Shown: positions 62,094-64,000 of the stretch, in pieces
Position numbering within the stretch: the stretch's first letter is position 1
Layout of the letters: every line of letters starts with the position of its first letter
Source: Octopus vulgaris
Taxonomy: Eukaryota
Length of the DNA stretch: 64,000 bases
Direction: 5' to 3'
NCBI GenBank assembly: GCA_951406725.2
Contig: OX597814.1
Location: 194,494,001-194,558,000, forward strand
Translations under genes and position numbers: made by a program
The notes under the pieces: model-generated
Told to the model about the DNA's origin: nothing
What the model saw: the letters and a program-made list of their open reading frames with translations, nothing else
The model's database searches: none

Positions 62094-62483
62094 CTTATAA
62101 AATAAGGGTATATATTTGGGGTACTTAGGTCTGCTCAGGACTTAGTGCTTGCTTTTTCCATGGGTATGAGTAAGTATTCCATTTATGTCTTACGTATTAA
62201 TCGCTGACGAGGGGAAAATTCTTATGAATTAACCCCAAAATTGGGACCAATACGGTTATAACGGAATTTTTTAGAAATTTCTATCGACATGTTTCGAGAC
62301 GCATAAATTATAATGATTTATTGACAATTTTGTCTTTTTTTCGGCATATTTGGCATTAGAATTTTTCTCTTGCCTTTACTTTATAAGTTATTTATAAATT
62401 TAACCTTTAAAGGTATTTTTTGATATGCTGGCCATTAATAAAAATTTTTTCTTTCAAATAAAATCTTATCCTACATTAGTTAG

Positions 62484-62516
<33 letters not shown>

Positions 62517-62540
62517 TACACACATTCGCACACACATCCA

Positions 62541-62637
<97 letters not shown>

Positions 62638-64000
62638 AGCTGTAATCCTTATTAAAGATTCTGTTTTCAATTTATATGGAAGTGGGAAGAAGTGAGAAAA
62701 AAGGTAACAAAAGAAACTCAGAGGCAGCTGCAACAACAACAAGCATTGCAAGGGCAACATTACAACAACAACAACAATCTGCACAAAAGCCAAAAATGGC
62801 TACAATTGCAACTGCAACACTGACAGTTTGCCTCAGTTTATTAGCACATTTATAGGGTTTGGGGGCAAGGGACAAAATTAAACAGGTGGTCAAAGAAAAG
62901 GTTTAGAAATACTCTAAGGGTATTTCGACAAATTAGCTCTTCAAATTTATTTATAAATTTTTAGGGGATTTTTTTTTTAAATTTTGTCCCCTTCCCCTCA
63001 AAAAAAAAGCTGTCACCTCTTGCCTCCTGCCACTCATGTTTACGAGAGCTGGGAAGTAAAATGATAGAGTAACACAAGATGCTGCATGTTTTAATGGACA
63101 TCATTTGATAGAAATTGTATGTTTAGGGGTCAGTTCTGCACAATGCACACAATGAAGTTCTGTTGTTCGTTTATCGTTACAATCACAGCAGATATTCTTT
63201 CTGTCATGCAGTTTCGTTTTGACTGCAAACAGCTGCTTTTCTAGAACAATCTACATACTTTCTCCTTCCATTTATAAGACTTGAGCCGTTGAAAAAGATA
63301 CGACAACTTCTTTTCAATAATTTATACTAAAAGTCTCTGAAATTGCTGCATTTAAATGTGAAGTTACATAAATTAAGAAATTTAAGGAAAATAAAAAAAA
63401 AAGAATTTTTTTTTTTTATGTGAAATAATTCTATTATTAATCCATCGAAACTTAATAAAGGATTATTTAAATTTCCAGAGTTGATAAGAAAAGAGACATC
63501 TTTGAGTGTGTATGGGGTACTTATGTATAGAAAAATCGAAGAATTAGGGTATTCACTGTTTCTTCTAAGTAAATATGGCTAGAATAGGTGATTTCATGAT
63601 TCACCTGGGATTGTGTAAATTAAGAATTGTGACAGATCAAATCAAATGTCATCTCGCATTCACTTCAAATCTTTGCCCATTAACTTCTATATACATAACT
63701 ATAGTATTCACATAACAGACAATTTCAAAACTTATCTTAAAATCAGATCCTTGTTCTTCACAATGCCTTTGTTCACCTAAAACAAGAATACTATCTTTTT
63801 TTTTGTTGTTTTTGTAATTAAAAGGAGGTACAATAGGCAGGGTGACTGCTGTAGCAAGCATCACTGACCATTCTCCATTGCAATGCTACAGCAGTCATGT
63901 CCACAGGGCATAGCTGAACACACCATGTTTTCTGGTGTACTCCCCACCTAGTCTTCTATTTAATTCCCCACTTTTCTTTCTTTTTCCTTTTTTTTACAAC

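Noticed and set aside
63649-63950. Candidate upstream C2 exon or start of the minus-strand gene
   Set aside because: No C2 N-terminal motif (e.g. D.YVK) or good splice pair found between 59502 and 64000; the 5' exons are probably outside the window or were missed

Overview
AT-rich, microsatellite- and SINE-dense eukaryotic DNA. The repeat families look like an octopus (coleoid cephalopod) genome, which is an inference from repeat content. Almost all ORFs in the supplied track are repeat artefacts; the real coding sequence is spliced. I reconstructed two convergent genes by hand. (1) On the + strand, the last two exons of a small RGS-domain gene (636-802, 3289-3453). (2) On the - strand, 17 phase-compatible GT-AG exons (59501 down to 14446; 745 codons plus stop, 5' end not found) encoding a C2-PDZ-DH(RhoGEF)-Ser-rich linker-PH protein of the PsGEF / RGS3-N-terminal type. 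The two halves of the vertebrate long RGS3 architecture therefore lie tail-to-tail as separate genes about 11 kb apart. Introns and intergenic DNA hold tRNA-derived SINEs, RTE/CR1/R4-type LINE fragments, piggyBac, mariner, hAT and Helitron derivatives, foldback palindromes, Penelope-type ends with hammerhead-like cores, and a minisatellite built from an exon/splice-donor junction. Exon coordinates were counted to the base; most repeat boundaries are approximate. Family assignments rest on recalled motifs, not on database searches.
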